This document shows positions 13,579-26,375 of a stretch of 64,000 bases of DNA, in pieces; position 1 is the stretch's first letter, and each line of letters begins with the position of its first letter. The translations under genes were made by a program, and so were the position numbers. This DNA is from Botryllus schlosseri. Lineage: Eukaryota. Under the pieces are notes generated by a model. It saw only the letters and a list, made by a program, of their open reading frames with translations. It did not search any database and was not told where the DNA came from. The stretch covers positions 26,104,001 through 26,168,000 of the forward strand of contig CM119371.1 in assembly GCA_051294905.1 (NCBI GenBank), in the 5' to 3' direction.

Positions 13579-14163
13579 TGCGCTTCTTCGATATACGGCC
13601 CAGATTGAAACAGTGCTCCCCAGCAAATGTTTCCCATGAACATGATAAAATTTATAAATGTCAAAAGAAATTGTGTTTGCCTATGGAGATATATTAGGGT
13701 TGGGGGAGAGGGGAATATTAGGGTTGCGGAGGGGGGTATTAGGGTTGGAGGGGGTTAGGGTCAAAGTCGGAGTTGGGGTATCCAAGCTTAGGGTTGGGGG
13801 ATATTATGGTTGGGAGCTAGGATTGTTAGTGTTTCCCATGACACTAACAAATGTTTTCCATTAACACAATTGAATTTATAAACGTCAAAATAACTTGTTT
13901 TTGCCTTTGGAGAGACGGATGTGAGGGTTGGGGAAGTGGGATACTAGGGTTGGGTATCGTGTCCCTCACCCCAACTTAATCTTGGGATAGCCTAACCCAC
14001 ATCCAAACCTAATATCTATATTTCCCCAACCCTAATATCCGTCTCTCCGGAGGCAAAAAGCAATTTATTTTGACATTTATATATTCTATCGTGTTCATGG
14101 GAAACATTTGTTAGGGTCACGGGGAACATTGTTTCGATCTGGGGCGTATATCGAAGGAGCGCC
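13579..14163. mobile_element. diverged Merlin-like MITE with TTAGGG-containing repeats
   Basis: Ends TGCGCTTCTTCGATATAC / GTATATCGAAGGAGCGCC; TSD aaaacttt / aaaacttc; internal ATATTAGGGTTG repeats. Confidence 0.7.
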
Positions 14164-14431
14164 AAAACTTCAATTGCACCACATATTAACGCAGCTGATA
14201 TCAAGCAGGTAGCATAAAACGAAGTTTCCGGCATTTGCATTTGAGTTGCATGCATTTGTCTTGATGACATTTTGGCCTAATTTGGCTGTTTGAAGGCTCA
14301 CCGGTCTGCAACGTTAGTTTGGAAGTTTTGCTTGCTCGAAGGGTAAAAAAGGGTACAGTGATATTTGATCCCTAATCTCAAATGAATTACCGTACTTCTA
14401 TAATCATTTCAGGTTCCTGCACTCTCTAGCA

Positions 14432-15372
14432 CAGTGGTTCTCAACCGGGGGTCCGCGAAGCATTTTCAGGGGGTCCGCGAGACCTCCAAATTTTAAAAAT
14501 TATTAATAGACTAATTTGTATTTTTTCAATAAGGTAAATCACGAGACAGATTCGCTTCATAACTGGTAAAACTTCACAACTCACATAACAAAAATGGCCA
14601 TCGGAAATGAAACATCATACTATACAAACTCGTTTTTATTGATAGATTGACAGCAGCCTAATGATACAAACATATATTGCTATTTAAAGATGTTTTATCG
14701 GGGTCTGCGCTAAAATATAAAGTCAGACTAGTAAGATCAATCACGGTGACTTCGAGATGTTTGTAAGTTGGCAGTCTCAGTAATATAGTGAGCAGTTGCT
14801 AGAAATGGGAATTTTTGAACCATTTTCTTCTGTATACCTATCCACTATTCAAGTATAATTGCAAGTTGATCTGCTAGATAGGAATGGCTAGGCTGGACTT
14901 TCACTCAAAAAACTGTTTCTAAATTTTGGAGCCTTACGGTGTCGTGGGAAGCGTTACGAGTTAATATTACATTCACCACCACCTGTCTTTGAGGAAGTGG
15001 ATTTGCAGCACTCGTTTCAGCAAATCAGAAGCGCGGGTGTCAAGACATGACCATAAATTTCAATAAATGCACCTGAAATATTCGCTTTGAAATAATAAAA
15101 ATTGATGCAATTTCTACATAATGTATGATATTATTTATAGGATCAGTCAATTTGTTGCTATTTATCACTGCAATTTCTACATAATGTATGATAATATCTA
15201 TAAGATAGGCCATTTTGCTGCTGTTTATCACTATCCCACAGTTAAATTTTGCAGACATCATATCACGGTTGCGCGATAATTGAGCTAAATTTAAACGAAA
15301 ACTTGAGGGGGTCCGCGGCGCTCCCTGACGGCCGAAAGGGGTCCGCGAGGACAAAAAGGTTGAGAACCACTG
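14432..15372 (+). mobile_element. internally deleted hAT/Buster element
   Basis: TIR CAGTGGTTCTCAACC; perfect TSD CTCTAGCA; decayed Buster C-terminus ALRVNITFTTTCL*GSGFAALV at ~14960-15017. Confidence 0.9.
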
Positions 15373-15703
15373 CTCTAGCAATTTCACCGAACAAGCTGGA
15401 AATTGGTAATTTTGCCATATCTTGATAACCGCTTATGCTAGAAAGCTAGTTTTGGGCTTAAAAGCTGCGGATGCAACATGTTCCCCATCCCCTCAACAAC
15501 AAAATCTTCCTTGGCGGACCAGTAGATTTTTATATCAACCGAGAATGATTTTGATTAGTAGAGAGCATTATTGAACTTTCATCACAATACATCATACAAT
15601 AATATCAATAAGCTTTGGTAATGTTGCATCATCACAAATCTTTGTCATGGTGGCGGAAAGGGTGTATTTCTATTCAACTCTACAACAAACGATAGGCCTA
15701 GAC

Positions 15704-16506
15704 CAGGGGTGGGCACACCTGCTGCATGCGCGTGCCCCATACCAAAAATGTCAGTTTAAAAAGAGCCACCACACAAAAATACGAATTTAGTTCGTCACAA
15801 TGAACTGTAGGCTTTCGAATGAGCTTTGTTATTGTGTGGTGATACATTGTGTCTCCATCTTGGCTGCAAGGTGTTTGAAATGAGAGCAATTGCTTTAGGA
15901 GCTGCTGTGTATTTTAGGAAGATTTCAGCTCGGGAAATGTATCCCTCTTAGTTGGGTAACTAGTGGAAAAGTTTTAGTGTATGGTTTTGAAATGACGTTT
16001 CTAGTTAATAGCTTACTAGCAAATCCTAACATATTAGACACAGTGGCTTCTCATAATTATCACCGAATGCCAACTCTTCCTCATGTTCTGTTTGAAAAGT
16101 TATATTTTCCGGCTCATACTCATACTCAGCCATATTCACCAATGTTAGCCCTCAAATAATTGTGACCTGCGCTGCTGTCATTATTTATCAGGTTCATTAT
16201 TGTTGAACACAATGATTTATCATTGATTGAAGACCAATTGACCATGCACCATTGTTGCTGGTGAAACGTTCATATGAACTCAATTCGAGAGTTCTATTGC
16301 AAAGTTCCAACCCTGTGGTGCACAGTGCACTTTCCCCCAAATTTTACAAGTGGTAAGTCAACCATAAGGAAAGGAACAACATGCATATTGTTAATATGTG
16401 ATAGAATGCATCAGTTTATAAATCGGTTTAAACTTCTCTAGCAAAATGGCAAAACACATCTGCAACCGTTAAAGAGCCACAATCAGCCACAACTTACCCA
16501 TCCCTG
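15704..16506. mobile_element. degenerate hAT MITE
   Basis: CAGGGGTGGGCA / TACCCATCCCTG ends; only a partial TSD (gcctagac / gcctccat). Confidence 0.45.
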
Positions 16507-16600
16507 GCCTCCATTGTTTAAAAGTCAATCAGTTGCAGTAAATCAGGTATATATACCTTCATGTTGTGTTGAAAATGATGATTTCCACATTACTTTAGAC

Positions 16601-17491
16601 CAGTGGTTCTCAACCTTTTTGCGTTCACGGACCCCTATTCGATCGCCACGGAACCTCGCGTACCCCCAAAACTTTTTGTTTGAAATTAACTCAATTATCG
16701 TGCAACCGTCATCTGTCTTGTGCAAATATTAACTGCAGTCTTGTGATAAACAGCCACGAAATGACTTTTCTTGAAAATAACACCATACTTTATGTAGAAT
16801 TTTGCAGCTGTATTTACTGTCATGAAAATCCGCGTCTTCGATTTGACATGAGCAAGTGCCGAATATCCATTTCCACAAGGATATATGGCGGTGGATGTAA
16901 CATTAATGCGTAGTGCTTCCAACGACACCGGCGACACAGCATATATGGCACCGAAATCGAGAAACAGAACTTTAAAAGAACAGTCGCCTACTTACACGCC
17001 CAGCGTAGTCATTTCTATCTATCATCTCATGTTGAAGTTATTCTGTGATAGTGGTTACGTATATCAAAGGAGAAAATGAATTTCGTGGCGAGGTTCCAAT
17101 CCTTTCATTGGGACTGATTAAAAAAATCTGCTGAAATTGACTACATCAAACCCAAAAAGTTTGCATTCATTTAGAAGTCACAAGACCTTACTATATTCAT
17201 CTTTTCATTTTTCCACAAACCCCAACATAATGTATCTAAACAGCTATATGTTCGTATCAGTAGGTTATCGGCAATGTGGCAATTAAAATGAGTTTGCCCA
17301 GTAGTATATTTCAACTTAGACGGTCATTATAATGATGTGAGTCATGAAGTATTAGCAATTATGAAGTGACTCTGTCTCGTGCTTTCTCTGATTAAATATA
17401 AATTCAAATTGAGTTATCCATGATTTAACAAATTTAGAGGTTTCACGGACCCCCTGAAAATGCTTTGTTGATCCCCGGTTGAGAACCACTG
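16601..17491 (-). mobile_element. hAT/Buster derivative related to 14432-15372
   Basis: TIR CAGTGGTTCTCAACC; perfect TSD CTTTAGAC. Confidence 0.9.
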
Positions 17492-20400
17492 CTTTAGACA
17501 TTGTTAAACCGTTTTGTATATTATACATGATGCACACGCTGCTGTACTAATATAAATTGAAATATTCTGGAACTTTGTGAGTCTCCCAGTAGGATTGATG
17601 ATGACTCATTTTGAAAGTGTGCCGGTTTCTGGTGTATCTTTGAGTTGATCATGTCATACTCTACTATCCTGGTTTCAAATCTCACTCCTCGCTCTGCAGT
17701 ACCATAGACCGCTGGCTGTATGAACAAGTCCCTGTAATAAATTCTGCTATGTGTGTTAATTGAACTGATATGCAGGTACTGATAGGTACAGTTTCAGAAT
17801 TTCATCATGTTCGACTTATATCAGCAAGTAATTGACATTATGTTAACAAGAAAGAGATGCAAGTCTGTTGTTGCTTGCTTGTAGTTGCTTGCAAGTCTGT
17901 TGTTGTGACATGTCTTGCAAATTGCTACTTCTACTTGTAGAAAGACATTTCAGGCATTTTTGATGACTCGACTCGAGCCATTTTCTTGAATATGGAAATG
18001 TCTCGAATTACCTTTAACAGTCAATTCCTGTATTAACTCGTCTTCTACTCAAGTCATTGTGCATGACTCCACCATTCATATGACTCGAGACATATATCAA
18101 GCCAGAAACTCTCTTTTATTTGTTTGAATAATCCTGTTAAAAGAGTCGAGGTAATCAAAGTAGTCATCGCTGGTACTCAAGTAGAAGTAACAACGGAAAT
18201 TCACTTTCGAGTACAAGTAGGATTAGTGATCTCGAAGTAAGTAATGAAGTATTCTTGACCAATTTTCTTCAACAAACTGAAAACAGTGAAGTAGAAGTAT
18301 TCTGAATTCATAACCGCTTGACGAAGCAGTGCAAGTGGGCAAAACCAGCTTGAGTGCTTCGACAAAGTGGTTTGTTTCGTGTGCAAACATAGTAATGGCT
18401 GTATTAATGTTGATGTTTGTATGGACGGGCGCCTTGAGCTAGATGCCATATATTTTGAATATCGGCTGAATATGTCGGAATTTTCAAACAAGTTATCTGT
18501 TTTGTCGGTATCGGATTTTTGAGCCGGAGAGACTCTAGCTCAGTGGTTCTCAACCTTTTTCACCTCGCGGACCGGTAAAATTTCAAAAAATGTCTGGCGG
18601 ACCGGTGCACTTTTAAAAATTGAAATGAGGCCAAAATGTAAAGTATGCAACCGTTTTTTGCAATTATATGGGGCTAGAGCAGAGGTCTCAAACTCAAATG
18701 TGCTCGCGGGCCAATTTTCCAGTTTTTGACGACGCCGCGGGCCGCCACATCAATAACTGGGTATATTCCATGTCTTTCCAAGTAGGCCTAAGTTGACGGG
18801 ATGAAATTGTCCTATCGTAAGTGAGCTGATACAGCAGACACATTCAACAAACATCATGAGAATGTGATTTACCATGGCCTAGTAGGCCATGGATTTACTC
18901 TGGTATCAATTTGGGCCTGGCATGAAAATAATCATCACATTTATAACTATTTCAATAGAAATGTTGTTGTACTTGATATATATTAATTATAAGATATAGA
19001 CGCCATGTGAGCGGAAAATATATAATGTTATCATAAAAGCTATCATGTTATAATTTTGTGGCTACTATGAATATTGTGAATTTATAACAGATTGATAATA
19101 GAGATTGATCTGATATCACAGCATTTGGGGTTCAGCATAGTGTAGCCCAATTATGCTCCTGATAAGTGGGTTATAAGGTCAATGGTCAATTACCTTCGAA
19201 TATTAGAGCAGAAAAATAACAATATAAATATATTAATGAATGTGTCATAGGTATAGAAATGTCGGAACGCCGAACAACCTATTGTTGTTACATCTTAGAG
19301 CGTACCACTACGGCACTCAGTACCTTTAAGTGGCCTTGGTAACATGATTTAGCAACCCAAGATATAACTAATAGATCGCCTATGGTTGCCATAACTACTT
19401 GCTTAGTAAGCGAAATACCAAGCTGCGACCTTCTGGTCTATTACTATTCCCATGACTCCGTGTCCACTCGGGTCATTTTCCTTTGGCCATCGAGTCAGCC
19501 CGAGTCCGAGTAATTCTTATAAAGGTCGCGTCCAAGTCTAACTCACAAATTTCAGTCACGAATCGTCTAAGCATAGTGCTGTAAATGACTATCGTCTAAG
19601 GGTCAGGGCTTGTCATTATGAATTGGAAATGTGGCGAAATAGTAAATCTTCTACTGCATGGACGCTAGGGTTGTCCAAAATTTGGAAAATCTCAAAAAGT
19701 CTCCGTGATTGTGTCTCATTCTATAGATTATTGATAAAAAAAAAACAATAAGCCTGAAAGAAGCTTACAGGAAAGCCGTTAAGATTTCGGTCAAAGCGTT
19801 TGAAAGTAACTGCTCAAGAATGGGCGTGCCACTGACCATAGAACGGCGAGAAGACTAGTAATCAAATAACCACGGCTCTTGATTGGCTAATCGGCTATGC
19901 TTCAATGACCACGGCAGCAGCAGCTTGCTGATCAGGTGTTCAAGAAGTCTGCTACCGGCGGGAATTCTGAGTGCGCATTGTCAGTAGTTTGGCAGGTGAT
20001 GATTTAAGATTAATTCAGGACATGTTGAGGTACGAAATACATGATGAGCAAACAACACCTGCTTCACAGAAGCTTTTACAGCATGACTGCTTCATTGTGA
20101 AGGAAACGGCTGAAGCCTACATGTCGTGTTTTCATCGAGAGAAAGCAAAGGCGCTTATTCAAATGTTGAGCGAATTCACCGTTTCAGTACGGATCCACCA
20201 TCAGTGAATACAAATATATAAAGCTTAACAATGACACTATACTTTGTGTGATCTTATTGGATCCAAGTTGTAGTATATAGTGAAATATTGAAGGTTCTAG
20301 GGATCGACTGAATCGGCCGGTTATGCTTGGCAGTAACACTTACAGAAAATTGAATTCACTTATAAGAGTTGTCAAAGTCCTTAATGATGCTGCAGAAAAG

Positions 20401-20755
20401 AGGTTTAAGGTAAGCACAGGCTATGCTGGATACTATATGCAGCATAGTCTGTGCTTTTCTTTACATCTCTTTTCTGCGGGATCAATAAGGACTTTGACAT
20501 ACCATATCCAGCACAGCCTGTGCGAGTGTGCGTACATCACCACCTCTTTTCTGCGTTATCATCAAGGACTTTAACAACGCCTACAAGTGCATTCATTTTG
20601 TTGTAAGCATCTGATAAGGGCCAAGCATAACCGGCTGATTCCGCCGATCCCTAGAGCATTCAAAACGTCACCTATATACTACAGCTTCAGCCCAATAAGA
20701 TCACACAACGTATAGTGTCATCGTTAAGCTTTATATATTTGTATTCACTGATGGT

Positions 20756-22338
20756 CAGGCCTGTTTATTTTTGGATTTCTCCAAAAATAACTTAGGTTTG
20801 GATGTTTTCAAATTTTATTTTTGGAGAATCTCCAAAAATAAGAAATGAAGGTGTTTTTAGCCCTAATACTACATAGAAAACTTCACCGAAAGTATGTTAT
20901 TATCATGTATTCATGTTCTTCAACACATCGACATCATCAGTGATTTTGATCTAACTTTCTAATACTTTCGTCACAAAGTCTTTGGCCTGGAGAATGCCCT
21001 CCAAATAAAAATCAGTGGGTGACGCCCGGTAGAGACCTTTCTCCCAGTTGGTTTTCGAGAAATCGGCTTCGACCGTCGCAGTTGTGGGAAACATCGAGCC
21101 ATGTGGGTCCGAAGAACTGACGCTCGTCAATAATGCTCTTGAAAGTGACGTCCATTTGGTATCGGACAGACATGGATTGGAATTGGTCTTCGATATTCTT
21201 TATCTACTCAGGTGTCCACTTGTTCGACAGCCCACCCCGGTGTTTGTCGATCAATTCACTGAGCTGCAAATAAAGTAGCTTACATATATGTATCACTGTT
21301 GTTTATATTATTAGAATCTAAAAGAGCAAGAAGTGTTTGTTCTGTCCTGCCTACGAGGTTGCACCACTTGGTGTGGTAGACAGGGCAGAACCCTTTCATT
21401 GTCGGCAACTTCAATTTTCTTTATGCCGTCGATGAGCCCTGCTATAAGGCTCCTGGCTGCCTCGAACGTGGACTGCTTCTCTTCTTCGTCGATATTCTCG
21501 AGAAGGTCGAGGACTGCACAGTGCACACTCTGATCCTCCACGAAATTGCGTGACTCTGTGAACTTGAGAGCCTAGCACCTTCTGACCAAAGGAACTTCCT
21601 TGCCGCGGGTGTCATTGTCCAAGTCCTCAGCTGGGCACCGAGCTCGAAGGCGTTCGACCAGACGATGGAGCTCATCCTCGATGCTCCACGATCAGATGGC
21701 GAAGTCCCTGAATCTTTGTGACGGTGGTGCTCACCTCTGTGGCCATGCGCTCGAGGACGATTAGTTGGATCCACTACTGCAGCGGAGGGATGCACAGGCC
21801 AGACTTCTATCGTTTATAACCCCGAGGAGTTTGGCACGGTGTCTAGTCAACCAAGTGGTCATCTTCTTAATTGACAACCAACATGTGTCTACAAACTTGG
21901 GGCACATACTTTTCTTTTCCTGGATCAAGTCCTGTTGCCGATGGAGGTAACCATTCAGTCCCACCATAGTGTAGACGAAGTTATTGTTGTAGAGGTGGCG
22001 GTATTTGGCCTGCGTTACAAGGTCCCGCCGGCACCACACTCGCACGATTTCATACCATGCCGCCTCTTCAACCCTTGTCGTGTCGCCTCTGATCCTTCCA
22101 GTGAGTGGAAGTACTTTTAGCGTTTCGGAGACCCCCTCCCGCTCACACATGCTGTTTTCGTGTGTGTTTGTGAGTTTCCTGGTTGTTTCAACAGTATTTA
22201 CACTGCTCTGACTCGTGCATTTCACTAAAAAACTTGAAAAAACATCATCCAAAAAAAGCTTATTTTTGGATGTTTTCAAATCTTATTTTTGGAGAATCTC
22301 CAAAAATAAAACCCAATATCCAAAAATAAACAGGCCTG
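20756..22338 (-). mobile_element. hAT element with transposase remnants, nest level 4
   Basis: TIR CAGGCCTGTTTATTTTTGGAT; perfect TSD CTGATGGT; subterminal TCCAAAAATAA repeats. Confidence 0.9.
20951..22150 (-). pseudogene. fragmented hAT-like transposase
   Basis: Pieces LNGYLHRQQDLIQEKKSMCPKFVDTCWLSIKKMTTWL, RVLPCLPHQVV and terminal GSMFPTTATVEADFSKTNWEKGLYRASPTDFYLEGILQAK* (hATC-like T-x-E-x-x-F-S); frameshifted and deleted. Confidence 0.75.
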
Positions 22339-25300
22339 CTGATGGTGGATCCGTACTGAAACGGTGAATTCGCTCAACACTTGCATAAGCGCCTTTGCTT
22401 TCTCTTGATGAAAACACGACATGTAGGCTTCAGCCGTTTCCTTCACAATGAAGCAGTCATGCTGTAAAAGCTTCTGTGAAGCAGGTGTTGTTTGTTCATC
22501 ATGTATTTCGTACCTCAACATGTCCTGAATTAATCTTAAATCATCACCTGCCAAACTACTGACAATGCGCACTCAGAATCCCCGCCGGTAGCAGACTTCT
22601 TGAACACCTGATCAGCAAGCTGCTGCTGCCGTGGTCATTGAAGCATAGCCGATTAGCCAATCAAGAGCCGTAGTTATTTGATTACTAGTCTTCTCGCCGT
22701 TCTATGGTCAGTGGCACGCCCATTCTTGAGCAGCTACTTTCAAACGCTTTGACCGAAATCTTAACGGCTTTCCTGTAAGCTTCTTTCAGGCTAATTGTTG
22801 TTTTTTATCAATAATCTATAGAATGAGACACCATCACGGAGACTTTATGAGATTTTCCAAATTTTGGACAACCCTAATGGACGCGTATAGTGAAGTTTGA
22901 TGAATAGTTTCAGGCTTTCGGGGCAAATTAAGAGAGAATTTCCACTTTAAAACTTGAAAAGATATATGTGGCACTTACTTATTGTAAAATTAATGAAAAT
23001 CTCAAATGTCGTCGCGGGCCGCACAAAATGATCTGGCGGGCCGCGTGTTTGAGACCTCTCTGGGCTAGAGAGTGACATTTAGATGGTGGGGTTTTTAACG
23101 TGAATAATTATCTTCATGATGGCATCCATGTGATTTTATGGCAGTCAGTCTGCTGAGTCGAGGTAAAATTGCCTTGTCCAGATGAACGTGCTGCCGCCGA
23201 GAATCGTTTACAGTCTTTCGCGCCGAAAGTCGTAGACTTAACCGTCCACACCAACTCGAATAATATTCCTCTCTTTGACAATATCGACAGAAGAAGCGTT
23301 TCGGAGTAGAACCAAGCATCTTGTCGTGCTACCTTGTTGTGCTCATTGCCCACTACCACCAGACGCAGGCTACTCTAGCAACTAAGAATACAATGCGCTG
23401 CACGAAAACACCTTACAGCAGCTATACCGGCCATCCGCAAATCCGGGCCGAAAAAGCACTTCGTCAGCCCACCCCTAAAACGGTGGTCTTGCTCCCCCAC
23501 AGGGCGTTAAGCAAAACTTCCGGGGCATCGCCCACGAACCCCACAGTTGGGTGGTTGTTTTCGTCTGTACTTTTGATCACATTCGTTCTAATCAATGTAA
23601 GCAGAGAGTTTATGTAGCTTAATCGTGCCAATAGCGAAAATTTTCGATCATTGATGACTGAATCAGTTTTCTCACTGCCGAATTTTGGCACACCTTTCCG
23701 AGTCCCATGTTAGCCTTAACTTCATTATGTGTTGGTGTGTTGTGGCGCGGTAATGGCTGACGCCGAGATGCCTATTTCTATAAATCAAGCGTATTTCTTG
23801 GTGAAGAGTGCCTAATAAGCAACACATTTAGTGACACTATATCGCGCAAAGCACGAAACGAAATTAAAATATGTTGGAATATAAAAATACGCTATGACTT
23901 ATGTTTATTCGCAAAATAATTTGGGGGCCCTGTCAAGCTCGGTCCTCTCCAATTGGGCGGTTTGGGGTGCCCCAGTTACGTTCCTGCACAAAATGAATGA
24001 ATCGAAAACGAATGGTCGCGCAAACTGCGCTGTTTAGCGATGAGTCAGCTTGCATATGTTCTGTACTTATCGCTCACATGTCGTCGAATGACACTCCTTG
24101 AACTTCAAGTCAAATCGAACATGTTTCCAGCCGTAATGTTAGGTCACGAAGTTCTGCATCGGTTTAAAATTTGATGTTTCATTCATTTTATCAAGGGACA
24201 AGCCTTCAACATTGCATCTTGAAGTTAAGGTATCAAATCGTAACATACCTGGCAGACCGGCGGTTGAGAACCACTGCTCTAACTACAACCTCGTCTGAAA
24301 TTGAGGATGGTGTGAAAATTTTTAGGAAGCAGCCATTTTCCTCTGGAAGCCATTTTAATCAAAGCTGAGCTTACACTATTCTCCTGTGTTGTGCTTGCCA
24401 TTCTAGCTTATCGCTGCGGTGTCAAAGTCACGCATCATAGCTTCTTAACCCTTTGCGACCGTACGCCAACTTGCAGTAACTTGACCACCGTGCTTTGTTA
24501 GACACCGTTTTTCATAATATCGACTGCCAACAAATCATTAACCTGCAGTTTCAATGCAGTGGCTTTCTGAGGTAAACGGAACACTACAAAAACTTTTCTC
24601 ACACTGTAACTAGTGACCACGTCCACATCATATATAGAGCGCAGTGCCGTTTTAATAGAAGTGAACTCTGATTTGAAATGAACTGAATCTGATTCAATAT
24701 CCAATCTAATTTGAAAAAAAACTGTATAGCTCTAACTAATTTTAATTCTAGTCTAATTTGGATAAAACTGTGTAGGGCTATATAGTTATAATTCTTATTT
24801 AAGTTGGAATTACTGGAAATTTGCTAGTTGTCCGACTCTGGTACTGTGAAACAATGAGGCCTTGGCACTGAGTTTCAGTTACCATTACTTGGTAACAATG
24901 TAACTGCACGAAGTCGACTGTTGTCCTTGAAGACGAATTCAGGATTGCGCAATTTCAAATTGGAAATGCCCATCTCATATCATTTTTAGCACGGTGTAGC
25001 CTAATGACTAATCGCTCAGATATCTTTTAGGAAACGGCTGGAGCCCGGAGTATCTTAAAGGCTTGACCACCGCCGAACCCCAGAAACTGACTTAATCGAA
25101 CCCAGGTCAGGAAGCACTGCTCTAGGTTTCTGATCAAATCCTGTCATTTTGGCGTCATAATCGGACTTGTGCAAACTACTGGAGTTTCAAAACGCGCAAC
25201 TAGAACTGAAACTAGAACTACTCGCTTTCCAAATTCGTCACTGCAACTAGTACTAGAAATACTCACTTTCCAAAACTCGTAACTATAAATAAAACTTGAA

Positions 25301-26169
25301 CGAACGACCATTAAATCCAGAACTTGCTGGATTCAATTCAGAAGCAATTCTTAATTTTTTTACAGTAATTGAAATGGCTTTCAAAATGATGTAGAACTGG
25401 GAGGGATTTCGACCCCCAAGCCCACCCCTGGCTACGCCACTGTTAGCAGTGACTGCAAAAACAGCGATATCACGATTCACGTCAAACGGTAACACGTGTT
25501 TCCCAGTGGTCCAAACGAAATCGTGTTCTTTCTGATTAGCTAGAACTACAACTACTCATGTTTTTAAAATTCGTTACTAGAACTACTAAAATACTAGTAC
25601 GTCGACCGTCAATTTCATCAGACGGTGCCAGTGCACTTATTCAGGTGGGCAACCTTTTTGCTATTCACGGCCGCATTTCGATTACGTTTGTAGCCTACAG
25701 CCGCATTCCAGTGCATAAGCAATAATGAACTAACTTGGCGCCAAATACCCATGTAAAACTGCCATGTCCATTTCCGGTGAACTCCGGACTAATCTACTTT
25801 CTCATACCGGCTTACTACACGCACCGCAATCGCAAGTGGCCCTGTTTTGTATAGTTACTGGTCCAGACGATGGCTGCGCCAAGCGCGAAATTTTTTTCAA
25901 ATTCACGAATGTATTTTGTCATTATTATTAGCAAATTCTCATATTACAATCAAATATTCATCGTTCATCAGCCCATGTGATAAGAGTCACTGGTGGAGTT
26001 AATGAAGGTGTAGTGTCTTCGTAAATTTAGGGCAAGTTATGCATGATGAATGATGATACTTAGCAGCGCCCACAGTCGCACAGACCTCTGACAAAGTACT
26101 TCCACCTTTTCGGATCACTCAATAGGACTTACTCAGCTTCAAAGAAGAAATTACGTCATCTTGTTTCCC

Positions 26170-26375
26170 TGCGAACATGTCACAAATACGTCTACGAATG
26201 GTATCATTTGACACGAGATTCATTTTCAATTTCCGTAGCTTTGGTCACATGAAATATTTTACAATTCTAGTGCAAGCCGGGGAATAATTTTCTCCGCTTC
26301 CGTGTGAGGATTTGGATTTTTAGCGATTACATCTGCCGATGTGCGTAACCAAAATAAACTGATGCTACCTTGGTA
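26170..26375 (-). pseudogene. Buster/Charlie (ZBED5/SCAND3-like) transposase fragment
   Basis: Minus strand IAKNPNPHTEAEKII and SNDTIRRRICDM resemble the Buster motifs IAKxKKPHTIxE and SNDTVxRRI. Confidence 0.65.

Larger units (their letters stand above)
19666..22876. mobile_element. foldback-type hAT element (possibly hATm), nest level 3
   Basis: TAGGGTTGTCCAAAATTTGG termini; perfect TSD ATGGACGC; ~660 bp inverted arms (19666-20331 vs 20621-20755 plus 22339-22876); spacer encodes VVKVLNDAAEKRFK. Confidence 0.85.
18680..23062. mobile_element. hAT/Buster MITE, nest level 2
   Basis: CAGAGGTCTCAAAC / GTTTGAGACCTCTCTG; perfect TSD GGCTAGAG. Confidence 0.85.
18541..24276. mobile_element. hAT/Buster MITE, outermost of a four-level nest
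   Basis: CAGTGGTTCTCAACC / GGTTGAGAACCACTG; TSD ctctagct / ctctaact. Confidence 0.8.

Noticed and set aside
19971..20207. Duplicated ORF MRIVSSLAGDD (also 22276-22572)
   Set aside because: Result of the inverted arms; no recognisable domain.
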